The notes beneath the pieces are model-generated. The model did not search any database. It was not told where the DNA came from and saw only the letters and a program-made list of their open reading frames with translations. A DNA stretch of 64,000 nucleotides from a virus. Where the stretch lies: IMG/VR virus record IMGVR_UViG_3300049846_000848, positions 1 through 64,000 of that record; one strand, given 5' to 3'. The position numbers and the translations under genes are program-made. This document shows, piece after piece, positions 53,941-63,190 of the stretch. Every line of letters starts with the position of its first letter. The first letter of the stretch is position 1.

Positions 53941-54196
53941 GACTGGTCGATACCGTAGCGCTAATGAACCTACTAACTACAACTGCGACGACTGTAATAA
54001 GCCTATATGGACTAGGATTGGAGTGTTTACTCAGTATCATGGCCAATGCTATTACAATAACGATTGTAGTAAGACTGAGCCTGAATCAGTGCTTGTATGG
54101 GATGATAAACTATGGCAAGATACACCTAGACAAAAGATTGTATGCTACGAGTGTAGCAATAAGTATCTAGAATCACGTAAGGGTACAGAACTATAA
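53924..54196 (+). CDS. zinc-binding hypothetical protein
   Basis: CDDC...CYEC; AAGGAG RBS. Confidence 0.6.
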   Translation: MILSNRTGRYRSANEPTNYNCDDCNKPIWTRIGVFTQYHGQCYYNNDCSKTEPESVLVWDDKLWQDTPRQKIVCYECSNKYLESRKGTEL

Positions 54197-54206
54197 GGAG
54201 GACCAA

Positions 54207-54464
54207 ATGAATCGAGCACAACAATTGAAAGCATTAGTAGCCAAGGCCCACACGTTCGCTAAGGACGCTAACCTAACTTATAACGATAAGAACCTATCGC
54301 TATTCGTTAATGATGGGGGAAGTATTACCATTCAACGTCACTACAACCAGGATACCTCAGTGATAACATTGAGCGAGGAAGAGGCTAAGATTCTAGCTGG
54401 TTTTATTAACAACGCTTATAAACCAATTGATTCTAATGAGTCAGATATGACTATTAATAACTAG
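54207..54464 (+). CDS. hypothetical protein
   Basis: AAGGAGG RBS. Confidence 0.65.
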   Translation: MNRAQQLKALVAKAHTFAKDANLTYNDKNLSLFVNDGGSITIQRHYNQDTSVITLSEEEAKILAGFINNAYKPIDSNESDMTINN

Positions 54465-54475
54465 AGGAGCATACC

Positions 54476-54781
54476 ATGTCAATCCATGACCAAGCACCGA
54501 TCGTTAAACTAGAGAAGAAAGTAGCTAAGAAGTTCTCAGAAGCCTTAGTATCTGAGATGCGAGGCTTGACTCAGTCCCAACTAGAGGACGAAGTCTTCCG
54601 CTTATCTAAGAACGTAGAAGAAGTAGTTAAAGCCAAGGAAGACGACGAGAAGCTAAAGCAGCTACAGTCCGAGATTAATGAAGCTAGAGGCGTTTATGAT
54701 GACGCTAAGCGCGGGTTGAATCTTAAGATTAAGTTCCTTCTGGCGTTGTATCTAGACAAGTACGGTACTGACTTAAAATAA
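54476..54781 (+). CDS. coiled-coil hypothetical protein
   Basis: GAGGAG RBS. Confidence 0.65.
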   Translation: MSIHDQAPIVKLEKKVAKKFSEALVSEMRGLTQSQLEDEVFRLSKNVEEVVKAKEDDEKLKQLQSEINEARGVYDDAKRGLNLKIKFLLALYLDKYGTDLK

Positions 54782-54791
54782 GGAATTAGCT

Positions 54792-55550
54792 ATGAGTGAA
54801 TTAGAGTGGTTCGATTCATACAATCTCATACATGATAAGCCGCAGCCTAGGGCGTCAGAAAATGCTGCAGTTTATACGGTTCTATATCATACGTTATGGG
54901 AGTTATGCATGTTTAATCATGTCATGGCTAACGTATCGACAGCCCTATTTTCAGACCATGCCTTAATCAACCCCTCTAACTCTCTGAGCTATCGTCAAGC
55001 CCCGTGGCTTAATATTCGTGCTAGTCACGATAATGCTACGGGGCTTATTTCTATAGCCAGCGCATACCATGACCTAGTTGATAAAGGTAGCCAATGGCAT
55101 AAGATCCGTATCTTACCAGACTACTTACACCCCCGCGATATCATCTATTACGGCTACGTCCAGCGTAAATGGTGGTCATACCCACTACTACCTGTATTGT
55201 TTTGTATTCTTTTGATTACAGTTATGACTAGATATAAGACTAGGCCCGGTCTAATTGACTGGATTAAGTCTGGATTTAAGGCTGAGCGACGTAAGATGTT
55301 GAAATCAGATACAGAGATACTAATGTGGATGAGATTCCGGCTACTTAGCCATCGTAAATGCATCTCTCTAATGGCTAAGGTGCTAGAACCTATGATGAAT
55401 AGACGCTTTCACCTACAGTCCAAGCATCCGGTCTATATCATGGACTTAGTCGATATATATTTTAAGCAGGATGATCCTTCTACCCTACACCCGCTGCAAG
55501 AACTAGCCCGTGAGTATGCCTTCCGATGTAACTATAGGAGAGTATTCTAA
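54792..55550 (+). CDS. hypothetical protein with a central hydrophobic segment
   Basis: 252 aa; SHDN and HPRD motifs. Confidence 0.65.
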   Translation: MSELEWFDSYNLIHDKPQPRASENAAVYTVLYHTLWELCMFNHVMANVSTALFSDHALINPSNSLSYRQAPWLNIRASHDNATGLISIASAYHDLVDKGSQWHKIRILPDYLHPRDIIYYGYVQRKWWSYPLLPVLFCILLITVMTRYKTRPGLIDWIKSGFKAERRKMLKSDTEILMWMRFRLLSHRKCISLMAKVLEPMMNRRFHLQSKHPVYIMDLVDIYFKQDDPSTLHPLQELAREYAFRCNYRRVF

Positions 55551-55780
55551 TGCCATATACCACTACCCCAGTTCTACTATATCTAGTAAAGCTAACCAAG
55601 GCTCAATGGGTTATAACTGCTGGGGTGGATAAGCCTCTATCCGGCGAGATGATATTTACCAGTGATTTTGAGGCATTGGAATGGGCTACAGCTTATGTAT
55701 CCACTTGGACCGACCGAATCAATCTAATCCCGGTAGATTCTACCTATAAATCCATAAGATTAGAGATAGACCAGCGTTAA
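55550..55780 (+). CDS. hypothetical protein
   Basis: TAATG overlap; AGGAG RBS. Confidence 0.55.
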   Translation: MPYTTTPVLLYLVKLTKAQWVITAGVDKPLSGEMIFTSDFEALEWATAYVSTWTDRINLIPVDSTYKSIRLEIDQR

Positions 55781-55799
55781 GCGTAACTCCTTATTTATT

Positions 55800-55812
55800 C
55801 GTATAATTACTA
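55800..55812 (+). promoter_or_regulatory. late-promoter motif upstream of the tail tube gene
   Basis: CGTATAATTACTA. Confidence 0.75.
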
Positions 55813-55864
55813 AGATAGGTGGGACGCCACTTAAGTTACAATACCTTACGTAAGGAGTATTATT

Positions 55865-57112
55865 ATGGCAACTAGAAACTGGCTTGAAAATTGCGGATCA
55901 GGGCGAGAAATCGGCCTAACGCAAGATTTATGGATTTCTACAGAGGTAGGCGGATTCGGAGACGCAGCTACCGGAGGATTATTCCCCGTAGCAGCTGACG
56001 CATTAGAACATTTAGGCTTTACTCTTACTTTTAACCAAGCAAGAGAAGACTCTGAGGCTAGATCTGGACGTTCTGTAGCTACTCGTTTGAGCGGCAAGAA
56101 AGAAGTAACCTGGGAAGGAAACTTCTATATCGTTCCAGCTGACCCTACTGGATCTAACCCTAACCTACCTAATATTCATAAACTATTGAATGGATTGTTT
56201 GGATCATTCGATAACACTAACCCACTAGAAATAGTCTACAGCTTCACCGCATGTACTGACGTATCTCTAAGAGCTTATATCTTAGGCATGCAATACGGTC
56301 AATTAGGTATCGGCTTATATGTCGATACAGCTACTTTCAGCTTACCTGGAGATGGTACAGCTCAAGCTACTTTCGGTGGTGGAGCTCAAGACGTAATCGA
56401 CTCTTATAAAGCTTCTCTATCAGCAGCTACGGTAGCTGCTAACGACGTTGTGTTACAGACAGGTGAAGGCAAGCTATACGACGTAGGCGCAGTAGTAGAC
56501 GTAGTAAATGGTATTACTGGTGCTACAATCGCTACTGGACGTACTATCACCGCTATCGTAGGTGATACTGCTACTCTAAGTGGCGCTCCTTTTAGTGCTA
56601 TCATCGGCGACTTAGTTACCCCAGCTGTACTAGCTTCTACTGGAATGCTTACTAGCGATAACGCTATGGTCGGTATCTCAGGTGAAGTATTGATCGATGG
56701 GTCAGCTTTAGATTGTTCTGTATTGTCAGCTGAGATATCTGTTAGCAATAACTTCACACCTAAGAATAACATCTTTGGAACAGATAAGATCTGTGGATTC
56801 AATAGCGACCAACGCCGTGAGGTTATGGTAACTATGGAGATCGAGATGGATTCTAATACTTACGAGTTATACCGTAAGTCTAAGAGATTTGAATCAGCCG
56901 ACGTTAAACTACGCCTATTCCCTAACAACGGAGATAGCGCTGTAGGTCGTACCTTTACATTTCACATGCCTAAAGTAGAGTTTAATATACCTGCAGTAGA
57001 GTTTCCTGCTGACGGTGTAGTAGCTCTTAGCTTTGAAGGTAAGGCATTATCTAGCGGTGTTCAATCACCTAACGACGAGATGACTCTTAAAGTTGGCCCA
57101 GTAGCTGGATAA
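55865..57112 (+). CDS. major tail (tube) protein with an inserted beta domain
   Basis: EISVSNN, RREVMVTMEI and FHMPKVEF tube-like motifs; strong RBS, late motif and terminator; upstream of chaperone and tape measure. Confidence 0.8.
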   Translation: MATRNWLENCGSGREIGLTQDLWISTEVGGFGDAATGGLFPVAADALEHLGFTLTFNQAREDSEARSGRSVATRLSGKKEVTWEGNFYIVPADPTGSNPNLPNIHKLLNGLFGSFDNTNPLEIVYSFTACTDVSLRAYILGMQYGQLGIGLYVDTATFSLPGDGTAQATFGGGAQDVIDSYKASLSAATVAANDVVLQTGEGKLYDVGAVVDVVNGITGATIATGRTITAIVGDTATLSGAPFSAIIGDLVTPAVLASTGMLTSDNAMVGISGEVLIDGSALDCSVLSAEISVSNNFTPKNNIFGTDKICGFNSDQRREVMVTMEIEMDSNTYELYRKSKRFESADVKLRLFPNNGDSAVGRTFTFHMPKVEFNIPAVEFPADGVVALSFEGKALSSGVQSPNDEMTLKVGPVAG

Positions 57113-57147
57113 TCTCAACTAGGACTAGATCCTATAGTAGGATTCAT

Positions 57148-57174
57148 AGGGGCTGGGTAACTGGCCCCTTTTTT
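57148..57174 (+). terminator. intrinsic terminator
   Basis: AGGGGCTGG-GTAA-CTGGCCCCT-TTTTT. Confidence 0.85.
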
Positions 57175-57181
57175 ATGTTGC

Positions 57182-57265
57182 ATCCTAGCACTTCTGATGA
57201 AGGCTAGTTTACCGGGGAGTGAACGGGCTCGCTGGTTGATACCTCGACTGACTACGGTTAGCGGG
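57182..57265 (+). ncRNA. small multi-hairpin structured element
   Basis: hairpins 57185-57207, 57211-57236 and 57243-57265 (UACG tetraloop), lying between two terminators. Confidence 0.4.
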
Positions 57266-57269
57266 AATT

Positions 57270-57299
57270 AGGGGCGGGTAATCCTGCCCCTTTACTTTT
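57270..57299 (+). terminator. intrinsic terminator
   Basis: AGGGGCGGG-TAAT-CCTGCCCCT-TTACTTTT. Confidence 0.75.
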
Positions 57300-57317
57300 A
57301 AGCTATTACCTCATCCT

Positions 57318-57334
57318 CGTATAATTACTAGAGA
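57318..57334 (+). promoter_or_regulatory. late-promoter motif
   Basis: CGTATAATTACTAGAGA. Confidence 0.75.
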
Positions 57335-57360
57335 TACCTCAATCCCCTTTCGGAGACATT

Positions 57361-57741
57361 ATGGCTCTACAACTAAAGCAATCCCTACAGCTTATCCTAA
57401 GCCAAGATAGCGGCACTGTGCCTAGGCTTAAGATAGCTGATTTTGATGAGGCTTTTACTGACGCTACTTCAGTCAACGAAGGTGGAGCATTAGTCCATCG
57501 TATCAATACCGGGGTAACTGACGCAGTTGTCTCTCTAGGTTCTGTAGCTGCCGCTAAAGGGCTAGCTATTATAGCTGATAAAGCTGTATCAATTAAGTTT
57601 AATGATATAGATGGTACTAATAGAAGTCTAACTCTAGTCCCAAATAAGACTAGTGTTATTCATGCTAACTTCACTGCTCTATATCTATCTAATGCTACCG
57701 GCGACACTTCTTACGTGAGATACGTAGTATGGGGCGACTAA
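57361..57741 (+). CDS. putative virion beta-sandwich protein
   Basis: late motif upstream; FTALYLSNA...VVWGD. Confidence 0.55.
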   Translation: MALQLKQSLQLILSQDSGTVPRLKIADFDEAFTDATSVNEGGALVHRINTGVTDAVVSLGSVAAAKGLAIIADKAVSIKFNDIDGTNRSLTLVPNKTSVIHANFTALYLSNATGDTSYVRYVVWGD

Positions 57742-57998
57742 TTAAGCTATTCTACGACTGGATGGCCGCTAGGATATCTAACCTAGAAGGCTATCGCAAG
57801 TGGTCTGTAATGGCCTCTATTGTCGTATTAGCTGCAGTATTTCGCCACCTAAGTTATATCAGTGGTGCTGAGTGGGTGCATGTTATGGAAGTAACAGTCG
57901 TAGCATTCTTCGGTACCAACTTAAGTGAACACGCTATTAAAGCCTACAAAGACATAAAGTCGACCGTAGGATCTATATCTAAAGGATTAGGAGATTAA
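57729..57998 (+). CDS. two-TM holin-like protein
   Basis: GYRKW followed by two hydrophobic helices and AFFGTN. Confidence 0.55.
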   Translation: MGRLIKLFYDWMAARISNLEGYRKWSVMASIVVLAAVFRHLSYISGAEWVHVMEVTVVAFFGTNLSEHAIKAYKDIKSTVGSISKGLGD

Positions 57999-57999
57999 C

Positions 58000-58422
58000 A
58001 TGGCTATCAAGAAGATTGACATCAATGCAGAGCATAAGTACGTATCATTGGCTGACGATGCCATAGATAGAGAGAAGTCTAACTTAGAAGAATACGCTAA
58101 AGACTTTAATATCAAGCACTTAGTATTCGATCCTACTAAGCAGCCTACATTCTTCATCTTAAAGAATCTATCAGCCGATCAATACTCTAAGTTGATCTCT
58201 ACTTTTATGCGCTTTGACTTTAAGACTGGTGGATTAGTAGGTAAAGAAGACGGTGACATCATGGCTATGTCATTCAGTGCCTTTGAGATGGGATGTAAAG
58301 AGCTAGAGGATGGAGGTAAACGATCTCCAGCTAACTTTAAAGAGCTCCCTATGAGCGTAGTACAGGAAGTGTCTAACGCGGTGATGGGGTTAGCTCAGTT
58401 AAATGAGTCTGAAAAAAAGTAA
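58000..58422 (+). CDS. tail assembly chaperone (gpG-like)
   Basis: upstream of the tape measure gene; ends LNESEKK at a slippery site. Confidence 0.75.
   Translation: MAIKKIDINAEHKYVSLADDAIDREKSNLEEYAKDFNIKHLVFDPTKQPTFFILKNLSADQYSKLISTFMRFDFKTGGLVGKEDGDIMAMSFSAFEMGCKELEDGGKRSPANFKELPMSVVQEVSNAVMGLAQLNESEKK
58413..58419 (+). other. -1 programmed ribosomal frameshift site A AAA AAG
   Basis: GAA AAA AAG TAA; the -1 frame is open to 58844. Confidence 0.85.
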
Positions 58423-58844
58423 TAGGGGCGCTGCTAGACGTATCGCTAGACGAGAAGGCATCCCAAACATATAGCTGCAGTGAATGTCCAGCGTCCCTAA
58501 GGAAGATACGTAATTGTAATGGAGAGTATAAGGACGTATCGCTATACATTAACGGCAATAGATACACCCAATGCCCTGTATCTATCTATATGGCTAATCT
58601 GGACTTAAAGTTATTAGTCTCAATGTACCTACAAGGTAAATCAACTAAGACTAAGTTCACGGATGCCCCCATCATGTACCAGACTAATTGGTATTATGAG
58701 TTTAGCGGCTATATCGAGGGCAAGATAAGAGACTCGGAGCATAAAGCATTAGATAAGATGCAGTCTAAACAAGAACCTAATAAGGCTGAATCTAAGTTAA
58801 AGTCCACCCCTAAGCCTAAAACGGCACCAAAGAAGCGTAAATAA
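58419..58844 (+). CDS. frameshift extension of the tail chaperone (gpT-like)
   Basis: -1 frame reads VIGALLDVSLDEKASQTYSCSECP...CN...QCPVSIY and continues into track ORF 58590-58844. Confidence 0.75.
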   Translation, partial: VIGALLDVSLDEKASQTYSCSECPASLRKIRNCNGEYKDVSLYINGNRYTQCPVSIYMANLDLKLLVSMYLQGKSTKTKFTDAPIMYQTNWYYEFSGYIEGKIRDSEHKALDKMQSKQEPNKAESKLKSTPKPKTAPKKRK

Positions 58845-58846
58845 CT

Positions 58847-61800
58847 ATGGCTATTAATCGTGATGTCAATGTAAGCGTAAATGTAATAGTTAACTCTAAG
58901 ACAGTTAGCGCCGGCATTAAAGCTACTGAGTCTCAATTCAAATCATTCTTTAATAATGTAAGTAAACTAGCTTTAGGCTTCTCGATAGGTAATATAGTAT
59001 CTGATAGCTTAATGAAAGTACGACAGTCTATAGCAGCTACTATAGCTGAAGTAGTTAAGTACGATCAGACCCTTAAGTCAGTGCAGAAAACTACTGACAT
59101 GAGTGATGCTGAGATTCAGAAGTTATCTGATACCTTCCTAGAACTATCTACTAGACTACCTATATCAGCACAGCAGTTAGCCGAAGTAGCTACCCAAGCT
59201 GGTCGATTAGGTATTAAGGGTACCAAGGCTTTAGAGGGATTCGCTGAGAACGTCTCTAAAACTGCAGTAGCCTTAGAGATATCCGCCGGAGAAGCCGCTG
59301 AATCACTAGCCCAAGTCGCCAACTCCGTAGGGATAAACTTAAGTAAGACTCCGGGAGTACTACTCAATATAGCGTCAGCAGTTAACTCATTGGACGATAG
59401 TTCTGCTACTAGCTCACCTAGAATTATTGATGCGCTGGTTCGTATCGGAGGAGCTGCTAAAGGATTCGGAAAAACCTCCGTAGATAACTTAGCTGCCTTA
59501 TCTACCGCGATGTTGGAACAAGGGGTATCGGCGGAGGAGACTGGTACCGCTATAAAGAACGCCTTTATATTCGCATCAACCCATATAGAAGATTTTGCTA
59601 AGGTAATGGGAGTAAGCGTATCTGAAGCCTCACAGATGCTGCAGCAGGACGGTGTAGGGGCGTTACAGCGATTCGCCCAGGCCGCTCAAAAAGCCGGTGA
59701 CTCAGCTGGTTCATTGAATGCTATAGCTGAGGTATTCGGATCTAGATCATCTAAAGCCTTATTTATTATGGCTGGTAGTTCTGAGCGAGTAGCTCAGTTA
59801 CAGAAGTTAGCTAACGACGAGTTCATTAAAGGCACCTCTGTACTTACCGAGTATGAGCGTCAATCTAAGGGTGCAGAACAGATATTAAATCTACTTAAGA
59901 ATCAATTCACTACTGCTGCTATTGAGATAGGTCTTAAGTTTATACCTGCTCTTAAAACTGGGGCTACGGCTCTTATAGAGTTATTCGGAGCTGCTAGACA
60001 AGGGCATTTATTGGATGCCTTAGCTGCTTCTATAAGTAGCATAAATCCAGCAGTAAAGACTCTAGCATCTACTATAACCAGCTTAGGTACTAGTTTCTTA
60101 ATAGTAAAGAATTTCGATGCTATTAAGGCGACAATATCCAATTTTGTAACATCTACATCTACCTCTATATTAAGCTTACAGTCATCTGTCTTGAAAGCTC
60201 GCACATCTCTATCTGATTTATTCAAGCCGATTACAGTAAAGGGGGTAGTAGACTCCTTAAAAGCATTTAAAACTAATCTAACCTGGGCTTTCGCGGCTAA
60301 TCCAGGAAGATCTTTCTCTACGTCCATGAAGACGGCGATGCTACAATTTAAGTTATTATTACGCCAAGGTATAATTGGCTTTGATATGTTCAAGATAAAT
60401 CTAATAGCTGGATTCAAGTCGTTGCAGATAGGTGCTAAGTTATGGGCTTTCTCTATGAAAGCTGCCATGGCAGGAGCTACCTTAGGCTTAAGTATCATAA
60501 TAGACGTACTAATAAACTATGCCCTAGAATTCGTAGAGACTGTCGGAGGATGGAGTAAAGCCTTCGATATAGTCATGGGCAAGATGAAGGAATTCGGTAA
60601 GGTCATAGCTACTTATGTAATAGACCATTTAACTATGGTGTTAGGATTATTAGCTAAATTACCATTTATAGGCTCTAAGATCCAATCTATGATAGATGGA
60701 TTAAATGGAATTAAAGGGGCTATGAACGATACAGCGGAGGAGGACTTTACTGATAGTCTAAGCCGCAGAGCTGCAGCTCACGCATCTTCCGTAAAAACTA
60801 TGACGGCGGAGGAGAAGGCTGCGTACGATGAACGTACGGCGCAGACTAAAGATTATTTAAAGGGTACTGAAAACTTAACTAACGAGAATAATAAGAAGGT
60901 AACTGCACTTACCGCCGAGGAACAAGATAAGCGAGATAAAGAGGCTTTAGCTGCATTCGAGAAGCAGCAGCGTAAGATACTGGGCCTCACCATGTCTCTA
61001 GAGGAACAGAAGAATAAGATGCAAGAAGATTTAGGCGTAGAGTCATTGACTAAACGCTTAGAAACTGAGATGGGATTGCGTCAGACTTACGGTGAAAGAC
61101 TAGCCGAAGTAGTGATGCAGAAGTCTGAGGAGCAATTAACTAAGCAGTTAGATACTGAATACGGGTTAAAGCTTACTTTAGAAGAAAGATTACAAGATAT
61201 ACGCCTCAAGAAGATGGAAGAAGCTCGTACCAGAGCCCTAAAAGACGCCAAAGAAGTAGCCGACGTAGTTAGCTCTAACTTCGTATCTATCTTCGAGGGC
61301 GGTCAATTTTCTAAGTTTAATCAACTTAAAGCTAGCCAAGGTACTGGAGCAGCAGTAGCTGGAGCAGTAGGGTCAGGCTTAACTGCTATGGGTAAAGGAG
61401 CCCAAGGCGGAGCTGACCTAGCTAAAGATGTGCTTAAGACTGCGGCTAGTGCCATTCCAGTAATAGGCCCTATAATGGCTCCATTAATAGACATGATGTC
61501 TATGTCAGGTGAGCAGCTAAGGGAGACTATCCGCGGCTTTATTGATGCCAGCGTACAGATACCTTTACAGATAATCGAGAATATCCCGGTTATTATAGAG
61601 GAATTATTGAATGGGGTACCACGTGTTATCGAGGGGTTACTAGAAGGTTTACCCCGTGTAATAGATGGGCTAGTAGAAGGCTTACCTAGAGTTATAGAAG
61701 GATTCGTAAATAACCTACCTACTTTAATAGATCGTCTAGTAGGGATGCTACCTCGATTCATTGAATCGATGATAACTAATTTTACCCTAGGCTTTCCTAT

Positions 61801-62335
61801 GATGGCCACTAGGATGGTTACTGCCCTAGCCGGTAAGATGCCTATGGTAGCAGTTAGCTTCGCCACTAGCATGGTACAACAAGCCCCTCGCATCGTGACT
61901 GAAGTAATAAAAGGCTTAGGAGACGGAATTAAGAACATCTTCAAGAACTTCAACCCATTTGGTGGTGGAGGCGGAGGTGGCGGTATATTCGGATCTATCG
62001 GCAAGATATTTAAGTTTGCCGAGGGTGGGGTAGTCCCAGGCAACTCCTATGTAGGTGATCAGATTAACGCTAGAGTTAACTCAGGCGAGCGTATCTTAAC
62101 CGCTAGACAAAATAACTTGTTTGAACAACTCATAGACTCGTCTACTGATAGAGGTCAAGCCGGTGGTACTATGGGTACCGCTCAAGTAGGGCCTGCTATA
62201 GGTACCGTAAACATCGTTATAAACGGTTCCGGTGTAACCGACGAGAAGAAGTTAACTGACATGATCATAGAGCGCTTACGTACTGAATCTCAGCGCGGTA
62301 GAAAGATCATACAAGCCTCAGGTATAGGAGCATAA
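58847..62335 (+). CDS. tail tape measure protein (TP901-type)
   Basis: 1162 aa, Ala-rich and helical; VQKTTD, AGRLGI, GTAIK; 11-aa IEGLxEGLPRV repeats; FAEGGVV. Confidence 0.92.
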   Translation: MAINRDVNVSVNVIVNSKTVSAGIKATESQFKSFFNNVSKLALGFSIGNIVSDSLMKVRQSIAATIAEVVKYDQTLKSVQKTTDMSDAEIQKLSDTFLELSTRLPISAQQLAEVATQAGRLGIKGTKALEGFAENVSKTAVALEISAGEAAESLAQVANSVGINLSKTPGVLLNIASAVNSLDDSSATSSPRIIDALVRIGGAAKGFGKTSVDNLAALSTAMLEQGVSAEETGTAIKNAFIFASTHIEDFAKVMGVSVSEASQMLQQDGVGALQRFAQAAQKAGDSAGSLNAIAEVFGSRSSKALFIMAGSSERVAQLQKLANDEFIKGTSVLTEYERQSKGAEQILNLLKNQFTTAAIEIGLKFIPALKTGATALIELFGAARQGHLLDALAASISSINPAVKTLASTITSLGTSFLIVKNFDAIKATISNFVTSTSTSILSLQSSVLKARTSLSDLFKPITVKGVVDSLKAFKTNLTWAFAANPGRSFSTSMKTAMLQFKLLLRQGIIGFDMFKINLIAGFKSLQIGAKLWAFSMKAAMAGATLGLSIIIDVLINYALEFVETVGGWSKAFDIVMGKMKEFGKVIATYVIDHLTMVLGLLAKLPFIGSKIQSMIDGLNGIKGAMNDTAEEDFTDSLSRRAAAHASSVKTMTAEEKAAYDERTAQTKDYLKGTENLTNENNKKVTALTAEEQDKRDKEALAAFEKQQRKILGLTMSLEEQKNKMQEDLGVESLTKRLETEMGLRQTYGERLAEVVMQKSEEQLTKQLDTEYGLKLTLEERLQDIRLKKMEEARTRALKDAKEVADVVSSNFVSIFEGGQFSKFNQLKASQGTGAAVAGAVGSGLTAMGKGAQGGADLAKDVLKTAASAIPVIGPIMAPLIDMMSMSGEQLRETIRGFIDASVQIPLQIIENIPVIIEELLNGVPRVIEGLLEGLPRVIDGLVEGLPRVIEGFVNNLPTLIDRLVGMLPRFIESMITNFTLGFPMMATRMVTALAGKMPMVAVSFATSMVQQAPRIVTEVIKGLGDGIKNIFKNFNPFGGGGGGGGIFGSIGKIFKFAEGGVVPGNSYVGDQINARVNSGERILTARQNNLFEQLIDSSTDRGQAGGTMGTAQVGPAIGTVNIVINGSGVTDEKKLTDMIIERLRTESQRGRKIIQASGIGA

Positions 62336-62336
62336 T

Positions 62337-63146
62337 ATGGCTAACGCTACTGGTATAGCCTTCTTACATCAAATAGAACTAGGTACTATATCTGACCCTA
62401 ACGATCCTAACGCTAACCTACTATCGGTAACATCTACGGCAGCTGGTGACTTCGAGGGCTGGTATATGTTTACTGATACTATCCGTCAAGTATGGCGCTC
62501 AGTAGATACTAACCTGCAAGAGATCGTATTTAAGTCAGATATTCCAGTGAGAATAGATACCTTAGCTATCTTAGGACATAATTTCAGTAACTTAGCTGTA
62601 GTCACATTAGAAGCTAACTCAATCAATGACTTTACTGCTCCTCCAATTCAAGTCAATCTAACTGTAAGTGCCCGTAATATGGTAATGTTAAATGATCTAG
62701 GCTTCGATTTACAATATTATAAATTAAAGATTTTAGATCCACTAAATGAGTGTGGCTACATAGAGATAGGTCGTATATGTGGCGGGACTAGATTTCAATT
62801 CATAGAATGTGAAGATATTAAAGATGATTTTTCAATTAGTTACGTAGACTATGGACAAAAGCTCACGAATGAGGGCTTCAGTCGTCCAGCGAATAAGAAG
62901 ATCTTGGCTCGGCGATTGGATGCGTCTTTCGCTAAGATGTCTACTTTGGCAGGCCAGGATGACAACTACCAAGGTCTTCTTTCTCTTATAGACAATGTTA
63001 GAACTACTTTACCCTTTTTAACTATCCTAGATCCAGGTAATCCCACGTTATTCCTAGCGTGGACTGAATTCGAGGACTTACCTAGCTTTGAGTTCACTAT
63101 AAACGGTTACGTCGAGGCTAAGTTACGAGTAGAAGAAGTGTTCTAA
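62337..63146 (+). CDS. distal tail/tail tip protein
   Basis: directly after the tape measure; LAILGHN, YIEIGRI. Confidence 0.65.
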   Translation: MANATGIAFLHQIELGTISDPNDPNANLLSVTSTAAGDFEGWYMFTDTIRQVWRSVDTNLQEIVFKSDIPVRIDTLAILGHNFSNLAVVTLEANSINDFTAPPIQVNLTVSARNMVMLNDLGFDLQYYKLKILDPLNECGYIEIGRICGGTRFQFIECEDIKDDFSISYVDYGQKLTNEGFSRPANKKILARRLDASFAKMSTLAGQDDNYQGLLSLIDNVRTTLPFLTILDPGNPTLFLAWTEFEDLPSFEFTINGYVEAKLRVEEVF

Positions 63147-63159
63147 GTACCTATAAACT

Positions 63160-63169
63160 CGTATAATTA
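63160..63169 (+). promoter_or_regulatory. late-promoter motif copy
   Basis: CGTATAATTA. Confidence 0.7.
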
Positions 63170-63190
63170 TTATATCGGAATATACCCCCT

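Noticed and set aside
53964-54170. Second + strand ORF nested in 53924-54196
   Set aside because: No RBS or motif, unlike the nested methyltransferase beta ORF.
57194-57200. CUGAUGA hammerhead ribozyme core
   Set aside because: No downstream GAAA or stem II/III geometry; the word lies in a simple hairpin.
59116-62043. Long minus-strand ORFs opposite the tape measure gene (83, 198 and 240 aa)
   Set aside because: Antisense shadows caused by codon bias; no RBS, promoter or motifs. The same applies to most other minus-strand ORFs in the track.
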